Assembly (NCBI GenBank): GCA_965261165.1
Contig: OZ253445.1
Coordinates: forward strand, 845,987 to 909,986
Direction: 5' to 3'
Source of the DNA: Gammaproteobacteria bacterium
Lineage (GTDB): Bacteria > Pseudomonadota > Gammaproteobacteria > Eutrophobiales > Eutrophobiaceae
Length of the DNA stretch: 64,000 bases
Part shown: positions 1-11,338 of the stretch, piece by piece
Numbering within the stretch: position 1 is the stretch's first letter
How the letters are laid out: the number at the start of each line of letters is the position of its first letter
The notes under the pieces: generated by a model
What the model was told of the DNA's origin: nothing
Databases searched by the model: none
What the model saw: the letters and a program-made list of their open reading frames with translations, nothing else
Made by a program: the position numbers and the translations under genes

Positions 1-408
1 TATATTGGCCCACATGAAGACCCACGTCATACAGGCGTTGCGCCAGATAAGGTTAAGCAAACATTATATCCGAGTGTTTTATTGGGAGGGCATGTCGGCT
101 CAATGGATTTTACATTCTATACTGGCGCACAATTCCCGGAAAAATATCAGGGCGGCGCATTTCTAGCATTACATGGTTCATGGAATCGTTCGAAGCGTGC
201 TGGCTACAAGATTATTTTTGTGCCTTTTAAAAATGGTCAGCCCGCATCAGGCCCGGAAGATTTTCTAACTGGCTGGATGTTAGCCGAAGATAAGGCAGAA
301 GTCTGGGGTCGACCTGTAGCAGTTTTACAAATGCCAGACGGCTCACTCTTGATAAGTGACGACGCGGCAGGCAAGCTCTGGCGTGTCTCTTATAATCAAC
401 AAAAATAA
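1..408 (+). CDS. PQQ-dependent sugar (glucose/sorbosone) dehydrogenase family protein, C-terminal part (5' end outside window)
   Basis: Frame 1 is open from position 1 with no upstream stop; the C-terminal sequence ...GSWNRSKRAGYKIIFVPF...LLISDD... resembles beta-propeller soluble aldose/sorbosone dehydrogenases; TAA stop at 406-408. Confidence 0.5.
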   Translation, partial: YIGPHEDPRHTGVAPDKVKQTLYPSVLLGGHVGSMDFTFYTGAQFPEKYQGGAFLALHGSWNRSKRAGYKIIFVPFKNGQPASGPEDFLTGWMLAEDKAEVWGRPVAVLQMPDGSLLISDDAAGKLWRVSYNQQK

Positions 409-453
409 ATTTAAACCAATATTTTTTTAATGTAGAACAGTAGAGATATTTTT

Positions 454-1386
454 ATGTCAGCGTTAATTTGCGGCTCATTTGCCTATGACAACATCATGGT
501 CTTTCCAGATCAATTCAAAAATCATATCTTGCCGGACAAGGTGCATATGTTGAATGTTTGTTTCATGGTGCCAGATATGCGGCGCGAATTTGGTGGTTGT
601 GCCGGTAATATCGCTTTTAATCTCAATCTACTCGGTGACAAAGTCATTCCTATGGGTGCAGTGGGCAAGGATTTTGATCCTTATCGTTACTGGATGAAAA
701 AAAATAAAATTGATCAAACACACCTTAAAGTTATTGAGGATGTATTTACTGGGCAGGCATTTATTACTACGGATCTGGATAATAATCAGATCACCACCTT
801 TCATCCAGGAGCCATGAATTTTTCTCACGACAACAAAGTGTCTGATGCCAAAGATATCAGTATCGGAATAATTTCACCTGATGGGCGCGATGGCATGATT
901 CAACATGCCAGTCAGTTTGTCGCAGCAGATATTCCCTTTATGTTTGATCCTGGTCAAGGTTTGCCAATGTTTGATACTGACGATCTGAAGACTTTTTTTA
1001 AGCAGGCAACCTGGATCACCGTGAATGATTACGAATGGCAGATAATGCAAGAGCATACAGAGATGACACCGCATGACGTGGCAGAGTTGGTGGACGCAGT
1101 AATTATTACCAAGGGTGGTGATGGCTCGCTGATTTATACCCAAGATAAGCGCTATGAAATTCCCAGCGCTAAACCAACAAGCCTTGAAGATCCTACTGGT
1201 TGTGGAGATGCTTATCGTGCTGGGTTGTTATACGGTCTGATGAATGACATGGACTGGGATACAACAGGACGAATTGCTTCTTTAATGGGCGCAATCAAGA
1301 TTGAAAGTCATGGCACGCAGAATCATTCCTTTACCATGGATAAATTTAAGAAAAGATATCAAGAGGAGTTTGGCGCAGAGTTTTAA
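454..1386 (+). CDS. PfkB-family carbohydrate/nucleoside kinase (adenosine kinase-like)
   Basis: 310-aa ORF carrying the PfkB signature DPTGCGDAYRAGLLYG near the C-terminus. Confidence 0.7.
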   Translation: MSALICGSFAYDNIMVFPDQFKNHILPDKVHMLNVCFMVPDMRREFGGCAGNIAFNLNLLGDKVIPMGAVGKDFDPYRYWMKKNKIDQTHLKVIEDVFTGQAFITTDLDNNQITTFHPGAMNFSHDNKVSDAKDISIGIISPDGRDGMIQHASQFVAADIPFMFDPGQGLPMFDTDDLKTFFKQATWITVNDYEWQIMQEHTEMTPHDVAELVDAVIITKGGDGSLIYTQDKRYEIPSAKPTSLEDPTGCGDAYRAGLLYGLMNDMDWDTTGRIASLMGAIKIESHGTQNHSFTMDKFKKRYQEEFGAEF

Positions 1387-1483
1387 ATCGAATTAATATC
1401 ATTTCTGATACCAATACCACGGTCGTAGACTGGTTTTCCACCACACCATCCCGCGACACATAAAAAAGTTTTCCTGAAAATCA

Positions 1484-3688
1484 TTACATTGTTTTCTGCT
1501 CACGCCTACGTTGATATAAAATAAATTCTGTATAACCGTTGGCTTGATCAAGCCCTTCAAACACCAGCTCCAGAGCCGCTTTAAACGGAATACTAGCATC
1601 GAAATTTTCTGACATAGCCTGGTAGTGAAGATTGTCTCGATTTTGACGATCAACAATCACAGCCATTCGTTTCATTGCTGCATGAACTTCATCAGCAGTG
1701 ACGATCTTATGCTGTAACCAGTTGGTAATATGCTGGCTCGATATCCTTAATGTTGCGCAATCTTCCATCAAGGCAACATCATTGATATCAAGAACCTTGG
1801 AACAACCAATACCTTGACCTACCCAACGTGAAACATAGCCCAGAATGCCCTGTGCATTGTTTTCTAATTCATGTCTGATTTCATTTGTCGTCAGTTTTCG
1901 ATCAGCACTCATTATTGGAATATCGAGAATATCATCCACTGGAATAAGTTTTTCTTTCATTAACGCATCTTGGCGGCTATTCACATTCAATCGATGATAA
2001 TGAATAGCATGTAAGGTTGCCGCAATCGGTGAAGGCACCCAGGAGGTATTGGCGCCTGCTTTAAGATGCTGGATCTTGGTCTTCATCATGTTATTCATTT
2101 CTTCTGGCATTGCCCACATGCCTTTACCGATCTGAGCACGACCTTTTAAGCCACAATTAAGACCTACCTGAACATTGGAACCTTCATAGGCTAATAACCA
2201 CTTTGCATTTTTTAATTCAGTCTTGGGAACGACAGGACCGGCTTCCATATTGGTATGAATATCATCTCCGGTTCGGTCAAGGAAACCGGTATTAATGAAA
2301 AAGACGCGTTCTTTAGCGGCATAAATACAGGCTTTAAGATTCACTGAAGTTCGACGTTCTTCATCCATGATACCCATCTTCAAGGTGTTTCGTTTTAGAT
2401 CAAGTGCATCTTCGATGCGTGCAAATAGTTGACTAGCCAATGCGACTTCATCTGGACCATGCATCTTGGGTTTAACAATATTAACGGAGCCGGTTCTGCT
2501 GTTACGCAGTGCATTATTTCCTGATAAATCATGCTTTGCACAGAGTGTCGTGATCAAGCCGTCCAGCATGGTTTCTGGAATGGGTTTTCCCTGATAAAGC
2601 ACCGCATCTGTTTCCAGGTGCATACCGACATTTCTAACCAGCATCAGGCTGCGTCCATGCATGATAACGGGTTTGCCATTAGTCCCTATATAGGTTTTAT
2701 CTGACGCCATTGAACGCTCAATGGATTTATTATCTTTGACGACGGCACGTATCAAGGTACCTTGCATAAGACCGAGCCAGTTACGGTAGACATTTATTTT
2801 GTCTGCGGTGTCCACTGAGGCAACTGAGTCTTCACAATCCATAATGGTGGTGATTGCCGATTCTAGATGAACATCATAAATGTTGGCGTGATCGCGGCGA
2901 CCAATAAATAATCCTTCACCGAAACGAATTTCAAGATGTAAACCATGATGGCAAAGTAAAATTTCGTCGGGACTTTCTGGTTTTCCGGTATAGCCAATGA
3001 ATTGTTGTGGCTTTAACAATGTTGTTTCACTGTCATCACCAAATTGCACGGTGAGCTGATTGTTTTTAACAAAATATTGCGTCACATGTTTGTGTGTGTC
3101 ACGTTCCAGTGCAAAGTGCCGATCCAGAAAATGTCGCGCACGCTCAATGACTCGAACACCACGAATCAGATTATATTTTGTAATATTTTTACAGCCGTTT
3201 GCTTCTGAAATAGTATCTGTTGAATAGAAGGCATCATAGAGACTGCTCCAACGTGCATTGACAGCGTTTAAGATATAACGTGCATTATCAAGGGGAACAA
3301 CGAGTTGTGGTCCTGAAACTTCAGCGATCTCAACATCTACATTATCCGTGCTAATGTTAAAGTCATCAGGTTCATCGACCAGATATCCGATTTTTTGTAG
3401 AAATTGTTTATAGGCAACAGGATCATGTTTTTCATTACGATGCGTTTGATGCCACTTGTCAATTTGTTGTTGTAGCTGATCACGATTGCTTAAAAGCTCG
3501 GTATTTCTGGGCGCTAGATCGCGGATGATATTTTCAAGTGATGACCAAAAGCTAGTCGCTTCAATCCCGGTTCCAGGGATAGCTTCAGTTGCTATAAAGT
3601 TGTAAAGATCTTCAGCGATATCGAGATCACCTCGTTTTTGATAGTTCATATTTCTAGTTTTCATCTCTATGGTTGCTGCATCACTCAT
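1484..3688 (-). CDS. glcB: malate synthase G
   Basis: 734-aa ORF; length and sequence (MSDAATIEMKTRNM...; typical MSG motifs) match malate synthase G; TAA stop. Confidence 0.9.
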   Translation of the reverse strand: MSDAATIEMKTRNMNYQKRGDLDIAEDLYNFIATEAIPGTGIEATSFWSSLENIIRDLAPRNTELLSNRDQLQQQIDKWHQTHRNEKHDPVAYKQFLQKIGYLVDEPDDFNISTDNVDVEIAEVSGPQLVVPLDNARYILNAVNARWSSLYDAFYSTDTISEANGCKNITKYNLIRGVRVIERARHFLDRHFALERDTHKHVTQYFVKNNQLTVQFGDDSETTLLKPQQFIGYTGKPESPDEILLCHHGLHLEIRFGEGLFIGRRDHANIYDVHLESAITTIMDCEDSVASVDTADKINVYRNWLGLMQGTLIRAVVKDNKSIERSMASDKTYIGTNGKPVIMHGRSLMLVRNVGMHLETDAVLYQGKPIPETMLDGLITTLCAKHDLSGNNALRNSRTGSVNIVKPKMHGPDEVALASQLFARIEDALDLKRNTLKMGIMDEERRTSVNLKACIYAAKERVFFINTGFLDRTGDDIHTNMEAGPVVPKTELKNAKWLLAYEGSNVQVGLNCGLKGRAQIGKGMWAMPEEMNNMMKTKIQHLKAGANTSWVPSPIAATLHAIHYHRLNVNSRQDALMKEKLIPVDDILDIPIMSADRKLTTNEIRHELENNAQGILGYVSRWVGQGIGCSKVLDINDVALMEDCATLRISSQHITNWLQHKIVTADEVHAAMKRMAVIVDRQNRDNLHYQAMSENFDASIPFKAALELVFEGLDQANGYTEFILYQRRREQKTM

Positions 3689-4093
3689 GTCAATTATTAA
3701 TGAAATTTCATATTTGTGCAGTGCAGCAGGTTAAAGGAAATCGACTTTTTACGCAATATCAATAAAAAGTGATGACTTGAAAAATTTAGCTTCTTCCAGG
3801 ATCTGAGATAGTCTCCTGTGCGCCTGACGGAGCAAACCGTCAACTAATTAGAGGTTAGAAATAATTAGAGGTTAGAAAATGAACATATCTGCCAATAGGC
3901 TTTGTGAAAAGCTTTCTGTGTGGCTACAAGTCACACGTTTATTCCCCGTTTTTAATAAACATCACAGTTGCAAACCACTACCATCCGCTGTCAATAATCT
4001 GGCGCGAAGTCATCACATTTCCACAACAGAATCTCGCCTGAATCAGATAATTAGCCCTCCGCTAAAGCTCTTTGATTTCAAGGCGGCGGCATA

Positions 4094-5687
4094 ATGTCAA
4101 AACTACGCGTATTGATTTCGGATCCTATGTCTAGTCAGGCGATAAATGTCTTTGAAGAGCGTGGCATAGAAGTCGTTCAAACTGGAAAAATGACCGAAGA
4201 TGAACTGCTGGAAATAATTCCAGAGTTTCATGGCTTGGCGATTCGTTCAGTGACACAAGTAACAGAAAAAGTGTTAGCTGCCGCCAAAAAGTTAAAAGTA
4301 GTCGGTCGTGCGGCATTGGTATCGACAATATCAATGACAAAGCATGTACGGCAAGGGATATCGTGATGATGAATACGCCGATGGGTAATGCCATAACGAC
4401 AGCGGAACATTCATTAGCAATGATGTTTTCTCTGGCGTGCCATATTCCACAGGCGAATCAAACTACTTATGCGGGTGAATGGGCAAAATCACGTTACATG
4501 GGGATCGAATTAAGCGGCAAGATGCTGGGCATTATTGGTTGCGGGAACATTGGTTCCATTGTTGCAGAGAAGGCGCTTGGTTTTGGTTTAAAAGTACAGG
4601 CTTATGATCCATATTTAACAGAAGAGCGCGCTAGTGAATTAGGCATCAGAAAAGTTGATCTGGAAATATTGTTGACTACGTCTGATGTTATCTCACTGCA
4701 TGCGCCGAAGACATCGGAGACGGAGAATATCATTAGCGCATCGGCGATAAATAAAATGAAAAAAGGCGCGTTATTGGTGAATTGCGCTCGTGGTGGTCTG
4801 CTTGATGAATTGGCATTACGCGTCGCGCTTGAAAGTGGTCATTTACGAGACGTGGCACTGGATGTTTATCTTCAAGAACCTGCAAAAGAGAATCCGCTAT
4901 TTGGTTTGGAGAATGTCATTTGTACACCTCATCTAGGTGCATCAACAACAGAAGCACAGGAAAAAGTTGCGGTTCAGATTGCCGAACAAATTTCGGATTA
5001 TTTATTGGAAGGTTCGATCAAGAACGCACTGAATGCACCGAGTCTATCCGCAGAAGAAGTATGACAATTAAAACCTTATCTACAATTAGCTGATTTTCTC
5101 GGAGCCTTTGCAGGTCAACTTAGCGATACCACGATTAAAGGATTGACCGTCACTTTTGCGGGTGATGCAGCTAAACTGGATGTTGAGCCATTAGCGACAC
5201 AAGTCGTGCAATCAGTACTGGCGCCACATTTTAGTAATATAAATGCTGTTAATGCACGGCAGGTGGCCAGAGACAGAGGTATACATATCACTGAGGCAAA
5301 GGAAGATCTGGAGGATGTTTATCATAGTCGGGTAACGATCAGCATTATCACCGAAGACAAGACGCGTGATGTCAGTGGAGCGCTTATTCAAAACCGACCA
5401 AGGTTAATTGATATAAGGGTATCAAACTGGAATCAGAGTTTGGTGAGCATATGCTTTATATCACCAATCAGGATGAGCCTAGCATGATTGCCGCGACCGG
5501 TAATTTTGCCGCTGACAGAGGAATTAATATTGCCAATATGCATCTTGGTCGAAGAGAAAGTCGTGGTGATGCTATTTCATTACTGGAGATAGATGCGCCG
5601 ATAAAACAGGATGATCTGAAAGCATTGAGAGCAATAAAGCATATTTATAATGCGCAGTATTTGTGTTTTTATTCACTCACAATATGA
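4094..5687 (+). pseudogene. serA: D-3-phosphoglycerate dehydrogenase (long form with ASB and ACT domains), disrupted by 2 frameshifts and 1 in-frame TGA
   Basis: Four consecutive ORF pieces (4094-4366, 4363-5064, 5143-5487, 5451-5687) read continuously as SerA. A 1-nt loss in a G-run near 4311 gives expected ...VGRAGIGIDNI... versus observed RAALVSTI. An in-frame TGA at 5062-5064 gives EEV*QLKPY. A 1-nt loss in an A-run near 5416 gives expected ...DIKGIKLESEFGEHMLYI.... The NAD-binding motif GIIGCGNIGS is present. Confidence 0.75.
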
Positions 5688-6625
5688 GAGTGACAAATAC
5701 ATTCCTCAATCCTCATTGGTTGATCGATGAGGCAGAGGATAAACAAGTAGAATTTGTCATTATCATATTGAGATCAACTCAATGGCATGATGACAATGTT
5801 TTGCAAGTTCATCAGCTACTGAATGAAAATAACATTGCTATTGATTCATATAATGCTCTGACAAATGATAAGGCTACTGAGATTTTTTTCACCACCTCAA
5901 CCGTACTAGCGTGGGCGTTGTTTAAAAAGTGTTTGATCCTGACAGAGAATAGAGCGTTCGATATTGCAGTATTACCCGTTGCCTCACACAAGAAAAAACT
6001 TCTGCTCTGTGACATGGATAGCACCATTGTTCAGTCAGAAACACTGGACGACATTGCCGAAAGTGTTGGTATTGGAGATCAAATCAAAGTGATTACTGCT
6101 AGAGCCATGCAAGGTGAGATGGATTTTCGTCAAGCTTTGGATGAGCGAGTCAGTTTATTGGAAAATATGGCAGCAGATATCTTTGACGAACTTGCCAAGT
6201 CGGTTCAGTTTAGTTCCAGTGCAGAGCAACTAATTAGTTTGGCGCGGACGCAAGGCATGCGGACGGTGTTGGTCAGTGGCGGTTTCAAACCGATAGTGAA
6301 AGTGGTTGCAAACAAACTGGGGTTTGATCGTTATGTCTGTAATCGTTTGGAAATTGCAAACGGACAATTAACTGGCAAGGTTGTTGAACCCATTGTTGAT
6401 GGCGACTCAAAATTAAATATTTTGCAGGAAGAATGCCAACAACTGTCGATTCAAGCTTCGCAGGTTTGTGCGATAGGTGATGGTGCGAATGATATTCAAA
6501 TGTTGCAGGCCGCAGGTTTGGGTATCGGTTTTCAGGGAAAACCATTAGTGCGTGCAGTTACACCGTACCAGATCAATATGACTGGATTAGAGTCGGCTTT
6601 AGTGATTATGGGGATTGTTGGGTAA
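5684..6625 (+). CDS. serB: phosphoserine phosphatase
   Basis: HAD phosphatase motif LLLCDMDSTI; the C-terminal motifs GDGANDIQMLQAAGLGIGF fit SerB; the start is uncertain (ORF is open from 5663). Confidence 0.8.
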   Translation: MRVTNTFLNPHWLIDEAEDKQVEFVIIILRSTQWHDDNVLQVHQLLNENNIAIDSYNALTNDKATEIFFTTSTVLAWALFKKCLILTENRAFDIAVLPVASHKKKLLLCDMDSTIVQSETLDDIAESVGIGDQIKVITARAMQGEMDFRQALDERVSLLENMAADIFDELAKSVQFSSSAEQLISLARTQGMRTVLVSGGFKPIVKVVANKLGFDRYVCNRLEIANGQLTGKVVEPIVDGDSKLNILQEECQQLSIQASQVCAIGDGANDIQMLQAAGLGIGFQGKPLVRAVTPYQINMTGLESALVIMGIVG

Positions 6626-6634
6626 CGATTGCCA

Positions 6635-7045
6635 TCACCTTAAAACAATAGCTGCGCCCGTGAGGGCACATTCATGATCTTCACTGGGCGAACCACCACC
6701 CATACCCAGCGCACCAATGACATGGCCGTCTTTCATTACCGGTATACCGCCAGGACTAGGCAGTACTTGTGCTGGCACCACACTCGGTAGTGAATACCAA
6801 AGTAATGGATTGGCATCTTTATTTTCAGTTATTTCCAAAGTAGATCTTTTAAATGAAGCGGCCGCCATTGCCTTCGCCCTTGATGTATCAAAAGTAAAAA
6901 AACCGGCGTTATCAGAGCGACTAAAGTAAACCAGTCTGCCCGATTCATCGACAACAGAGACACTCATCGGTCTACCCATCTCATTGGCCTTTGCTAATGC
7001 AGCCTTAGCGATGGCCTCAGCGAGTTCCAGTGTCATCTCGATCAT
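6635..7045 (-). CDS. glcG: GlcG/HbpS-like heme-binding protein (DUF336)
   Basis: 136 aa, Ala/Gly-rich, with ...GGIPVMKDGHVIGALGMGGG... typical of DUF336/GlcG. Confidence 0.6.
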   Translation of the reverse strand: MIEMTLELAEAIAKAALAKANEMGRPMSVSVVDESGRLVYFSRSDNAGFFTFDTSRAKAMAAASFKRSTLEITENKDANPLLWYSLPSVVPAQVLPSPGGIPVMKDGHVIGALGMGGGSPSEDHECALTGAAIVLR

Positions 7046-7115
7046 TGCATTACCTTTTTTAGTGTCATTCTTGTTCTGTGTTATTTATATTTTATATCTG
7101 TGATTAGTAGATATT

Positions 7116-7156
7116 AAAAAGCCCGCTCAGAAAAATGATAATGAGCGGGCTTTATA
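7116..7156 (-). terminator. rho-independent terminator downstream of pckG
   Basis: Inverted repeat aaagcccgctca(7118-7129)...tgagcgggcttt(7142-7153), followed on the minus strand by a T-run, immediately 3' of the pckG stop. Confidence 0.5.
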
Positions 7157-7174
7157 AACCTTCGAGAAAGCTTG

Positions 7175-8992
7175 TTAGGCAACAGCCTGCTTTGAACTTT
7201 CTAAACGCTTACGTAGGGCTTGTACTTGATTGTTTAGTTCTGCTGGCAGGTGATCGCCAAATGTTGCGTAATATTCTTCGATACCTGCAAGTTCAGATAA
7301 CCAACCGTCAGTATCAACACGCATCAGGTTTGCAATATCTTCTTTCGACATATTCAAACCGTCAAAATCGATTCCATCCAGTGTAGGCATGTTTCCTATA
7401 GCCGTTTCAATCGCGTCGGCAGTTCCCGCGCAACGTTCAAACACCCATTTCAGTACACGACTATTTTCGCCAAAACCAGGCCACATGAATTTTCCATCTG
7501 CGTTCTTACGGAACCAGTTTACGTAATATATCTTAGGCATTTTTGCGCCTGCAGTCTGACCCATCTTCAGCCAGTGATCCCAGTAATCAGCCATGTTGTA
7601 TCCACAGAATGGCAACATCGCCATTGGGTCACGACGTAATTGACCGATGATACCGAAAGCAGCAGCAGTCATTTCAGAAGCAATTATCGTTCCGAGGAAA
7701 GTACCGTGATTCCAGTCCAAAGCTTCTGTCGCCAGAGGTACAACTGATGCGCGACGACCACCAAACAAGATTGCACTGATTGGAACACCTTTTGGATCTT
7801 CCCATTCACTAGCAATAACTGGACATTGAGCTGCACGTGCTGTGAAACGCGCGTTTGGATGTGAAGAAGGCTCGTCTGACTCAGGTGTCCAATCATTACC
7901 TTTCCAGTCAATAAGATGAGCAGGAGCAGGAGCAGGAGCAGACATTTCTTCCCACCAGACATCACCGTCATCGGTTTCAGCCACGTTGGTGAAAATAGCA
8001 TTTGCTTCCATAGACAACATGGCATTTGCATTTGATTGCATGCTAGTACCTGGAGCGACACCAAAGAAACCAGCTTCTGGATTGATCGCGTACAATTGAC
8101 CATTTTCGCCAAACTTCATCCAGCAAATATCATCACCAATAGTTTCAACTTTCCAGCCAGGAATGGTTGGTGTCAACATGGCAAGATTGGTTTTACCGCA
8201 GGCACTTGGGAAAGCACCAGCGACAAATTTAATCTCACCTTCTGGGTTGGTAAGCTTGAGGATAAGCATATGTTCAGCCATCCAGCCTTCATCACGTGCC
8301 ATGGTAGAAGCAATTCGCAGAGCGAAACATTTCTTACCCAGCAGTGCGTTGCCGCCGTAACCAGAACCGAAAGACCAGATTTCACGGGTCTCTGGATAAT
8401 GAACGATATAACGATTATCGGGGTTACAAGGCCAAGGTTCGCTTGCTTCGCCTTCAGCTAGAGGGACACCAACAGAATGCACACAAGGAACAAATTCACC
8501 GTCTTCACCCAGAACATCTAATACATCCTGACCAACACGAGCCATGATGTGCATGTTAGTAACAACATAAGGAGAATCAGACAATTCGACACCAATCTGA
8601 GCAATGTCTGATCCAATAGGGCCCATGCTGAAAGGAATAACGTACAGGGTACGACCTTTCATACAGCCGGAGAACATGTCGTTCATTTTTTCACGCATGT
8701 CAGCTGGCTTAAACCAGTTATTGGTAGGCCCCGCATCTTCTTCTTTTGCAGAACAGATGTATGTACGGTCTTCAACACGTGCTACATCAGCAGGGATTGA
8801 ATTAACGTGGTAGCTGTTAGGACGTTTGTCTTCATTCAGCTTTCTGGCGGTACCGCCTTTGACCATGATATCCCACATGGCATCCCATTCTGCATCTGTA
8901 CCGTCACACCAGACAACATCATATGGCTGGGTCAGAGCCACTATCTCTTCCACCCACGCTAGTAATTTCTTGTTTTTCGAACTAGAACTCAT
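7175..8992 (-). CDS. pckG: phosphoenolpyruvate carboxykinase (GTP)
   Basis: 605 aa; full-length similarity to GTP-type PEPCK, with a kinase P-loop-like [12 protein letters not shown] Shine-Dalgarno-like purine tract lies upstream. Confidence 0.9.
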   Translation of the reverse strand: MSSSSKNKKLLAWVEEIVALTQPYDVVWCDGTDAEWDAMWDIMVKGGTARKLNEDKRPNSYHVNSIPADVARVEDRTYICSAKEEDAGPTNNWFKPADMREKMNDMFSGCMKGRTLYVIPFSMGPIGSDIAQIGVELSDSPYVVTNMHIMARVGQDVLDVLGEDGEFVPCVHSVGVPLAEGEASEPWPCNPDNRYIVHYPETREIWSFGSGYGGNALLGKKCFALRIASTMARDEGWMAEHMLILKLTNPEGEIKFVAGAFPSACGKTNLAMLTPTIPGWKVETIGDDICWMKFGENGQLYAINPEAGFFGVAPGTSMQSNANAMLSMEANAIFTNVAETDDGDVWWEEMSAPAPAPAHLIDWKGNDWTPESDEPSSHPNARFTARAAQCPVIASEWEDPKGVPISAILFGGRRASVVPLATEALDWNHGTFLGTIIASEMTAAAFGIIGQLRRDPMAMLPFCGYNMADYWDHWLKMGQTAGAKMPKIYYVNWFRKNADGKFMWPGFGENSRVLKWVFERCAGTADAIETAIGNMPTLDGIDFDGLNMSKEDIANLMRVDTDGWLSELAGIEEYYATFGDHLPAELNNQVQALRKRLESSKQAVA

Positions 8993-9220
8993 TGATTAAT
9001 ACCTCTCAAGTGCACTTCATTAATTTAAAGATTATAGAGCAAAAAATATTCACGATGATAAATCACCGAATTAAAAATTATTGTTTTGCTTGAATCAGAC
9101 CTGTTCCAGCCAACGAATAACAATTCGGTCAAGCGGTCCTTCCATGAAGAAGTTTATTGCCTGAGGCTTTTCCGAACCTACTGCCAAGTAATCTATTGTT
9201 GCAAAGCAGCATGTTATTAT

Positions 9221-11263
9221 CTATTTAGGGAGATTGTTCAAGTTTTTGCTGATCAAATCAAGGTCAAATATGGGCTCTTGGCATGCGTGACCCTCGCAGA
9301 TATAGGCAACAGGTAATTTATCTATCTTGTATTCACTAAGGATTCCAGGGAGTTTGGAAACATTGGTCGGAAAAAGCATGAGGTTATTAAAGGGGTTATG
9401 AAATTTTCGATATTTTTTCAGCCACTCAGCAATTGTATCTGTTTCTCCCAGAATGATGATTCTTTTAGCAGGAAAAATATTTTCTTCCAATGCATGCAGC
9501 AGGGCATTATGAGCTGATGGATAGCGTTCAATCGAAGACCAACTGGCTCGAAGTGTCAATTCTGAGGCTTGTAGATAGCGAGAATCACCTAATAAATGGC
9601 CGAGCTTGCCAAGCACAGAAGCGGCGACTCCATTTCCTGAGGGCACAGAATCATCCATAAAGGATTTACTGCGTTGAATTAGTTTTTCGTGGTCATGTGA
9701 GGTGAAAAAGAAACCACCATGTTCCTCATCTTCAAATGAACTCAGTAATTCATCCGCCAGTTGAATCGTCATATCCAACCACTTTTTATCCCAACGGCAT
9801 TGTAAAAATGTGAGAAGGGCATCAATAAGAAAAGCATAGTCATCCAAATAAGCATTTAGATGCGCTTTACCTTCTCGATAGGTAGCGAGTAATTTCCCGT
9901 TGGCATACAGATTTTGATGAATAAATTCTAAAGCCTTTTCTGCAGAGGTCAGATAACGGTCAATGTTAAAAGTAAAGGCTGCGGTTGCCATGCCTTTAAT
10001 CATTAGCGCATTCCATGAGGTCAGGATCTTGTCATCGCACCCAGGATGGATACGTGCTGCCCGTTGTTGCAATAGTTTGACTCTACCTTGTTCAAGTAAT
10101 TTTAACGCTTCCTTATCAGTGGTTTGTTGCATGATCCGTAGGTGCCATTTGCCTTCAAAATTAGGCCCCTGATCCAAACCATAATGTTTTGCGAAGATAT
10201 TAAATTCCTCTGCGCTTAGCAGCGAACTGACTTCCTCTTTTCCCCAGACATAAAATTTTCCTTCCATGCCTTCGGAGTCAGCATCTAGGCTAGAATAATA
10301 ACCGCCTTTATGGCTCTGCATTTCATCAATGACCCAATCAGCAGTACCAGCGGCTATTTTTTGATATAGAGATTCTTTGGTGATTTGCCACGTCTGACTG
10401 TAGAGCGTCAGGAGTAAAGCATTGTCATAAAGCATTTTCTCAAAATGTGGGATCATCCACTCTCTATCGACAGAGTAACGGTAAAAACCACCACCAAGTT
10501 GATCGTAAAGGCCGCCAAGCGCCATTTTGCTAAGCGTGAGATCGACCACATCAATGGCCTGGTTTTGCATGCAATTTTTTTTCAGATGTTGCCGAAGTAG
10601 ATGCTCAAGATTAGATGGGTGAGGAAACTTAGGTGCGCTACCGAAACCGCCAAACTGCGAATCGAAGCTTTGCTGTAATTGTTGCGTTGCTGCTTGCAGA
10701 GGCGCGGGATTCAATTCCACTGTTTCATCACTTGCGATTTGCTGATTCATATTTTTCAGGCTCATTAGAAAGGAATCATTCTGCTGCGTGATAGAGTCTC
10801 TCTCTTGTTGATAGAAATCTACAATTCTTGCTAGAAGTCCTTTGAAGCCAGGTAAATTATATCTTGATTCCACGGGGAAATAGGTGCCGCCAAAAAAAGG
10901 GATATGATCATTGGGCGTCAAAAACATGGTTAAAGGCCAACCACCAGTTCGTTGCATCAGTATTTGTTGAGCCGTCTGATATATCCTGTCAATATCCGGT
11001 CTTTCTTCCCTATCAACCTTTATATTAATGAAATGCGCATTCATGATTTCGGCAGTTTCATCATCTTCAAATGATTCGTGTGCCATAACGTGACACCAGT
11101 GACAGGCAGAATATCCAATCGACAGGAGAATCAGCTTGTCTTCTTCAATGGCCTTATTTAAAGCTGTTTCATTCCATGCATACCAATCAACTGGGTTATC
11201 CGCATGTTGAAGCAGGTAAGGACTGGTCTCGGCAGCTAAATTATTCTTGGTTTTCTTAGTCAT
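9221..11263 (-). CDS. thioredoxin-domain protein of the DUF255/YyaL family (N-acylglucosamine-2-epimerase-like fold)
   Basis: 680 aa; the N-terminus [21 protein letters not shown]...[13 protein letters not shown] is the DUF255 thioredoxin-like signature. Confidence 0.75.
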   Translation of the reverse strand: MTKKTKNNLAAETSPYLLQHADNPVDWYAWNETALNKAIEEDKLILLSIGYSACHWCHVMAHESFEDDETAEIMNAHFINIKVDREERPDIDRIYQTAQQILMQRTGGWPLTMFLTPNDHIPFFGGTYFPVESRYNLPGFKGLLARIVDFYQQERDSITQQNDSFLMSLKNMNQQIASDETVELNPAPLQAATQQLQQSFDSQFGGFGSAPKFPHPSNLEHLLRQHLKKNCMQNQAIDVVDLTLSKMALGGLYDQLGGGFYRYSVDREWMIPHFEKMLYDNALLLTLYSQTWQITKESLYQKIAAGTADWVIDEMQSHKGGYYSSLDADSEGMEGKFYVWGKEEVSSLLSAEEFNIFAKHYGLDQGPNFEGKWHLRIMQQTTDKEALKLLEQGRVKLLQQRAARIHPGCDDKILTSWNALMIKGMATAAFTFNIDRYLTSAEKALEFIHQNLYANGKLLATYREGKAHLNAYLDDYAFLIDALLTFLQCRWDKKWLDMTIQLADELLSSFEDEEHGGFFFTSHDHEKLIQRSKSFMDDSVPSGNGVAASVLGKLGHLLGDSRYLQASELTLRASWSSIERYPSAHNALLHALEENIFPAKRIIILGETDTIAEWLKKYRKFHNPFNNLMLFPTNVSKLPGILSEYKIDKLPVAYICEGHACQEPIFDLDLISKNLNNLPK

Positions 11264-11338
11264 AGCGAGAGAATAACAGTTGCCTTACGCAAACAATATT
11301 ATTTTCAGTTTAGGTATAAGTGATAGACTTCAAATCCT

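Noticed and set aside
4131-4410. Minus-strand ORFs overlapping serA (4131-4394, 4228-4410)
   Set aside because: Antisense to serA; the serA reading is supported by homology, despite its frameshifts.
5062-5064. Possibility that in-frame TGA codons (serA 5062, apaH 14267) are recoded (Trp/Sec/Gly) rather than stops
   Set aside because: thyA (12993-12995) and ybeZ (28349-28351) clearly terminate with TGA at positions matching the homolog C-termini; no SECIS-like context was seen; so the standard code applies.
7684-8461. Several 65-142-aa ORFs on both strands inside pckG (7684-8112, 8036-8461, 8163-8360, 8173-8385, 8344-8547)
   Set aside because: Antisense or overlapping a well-supported 605-aa PEPCK; low-complexity translations.
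9086-9316. 76-aa plus-strand ORF overlapping the 3' end of the YyaL-like gene
   Set aside because: Overlaps the convergent, well-supported 680-aa gene; Cys-rich nonsense translation.
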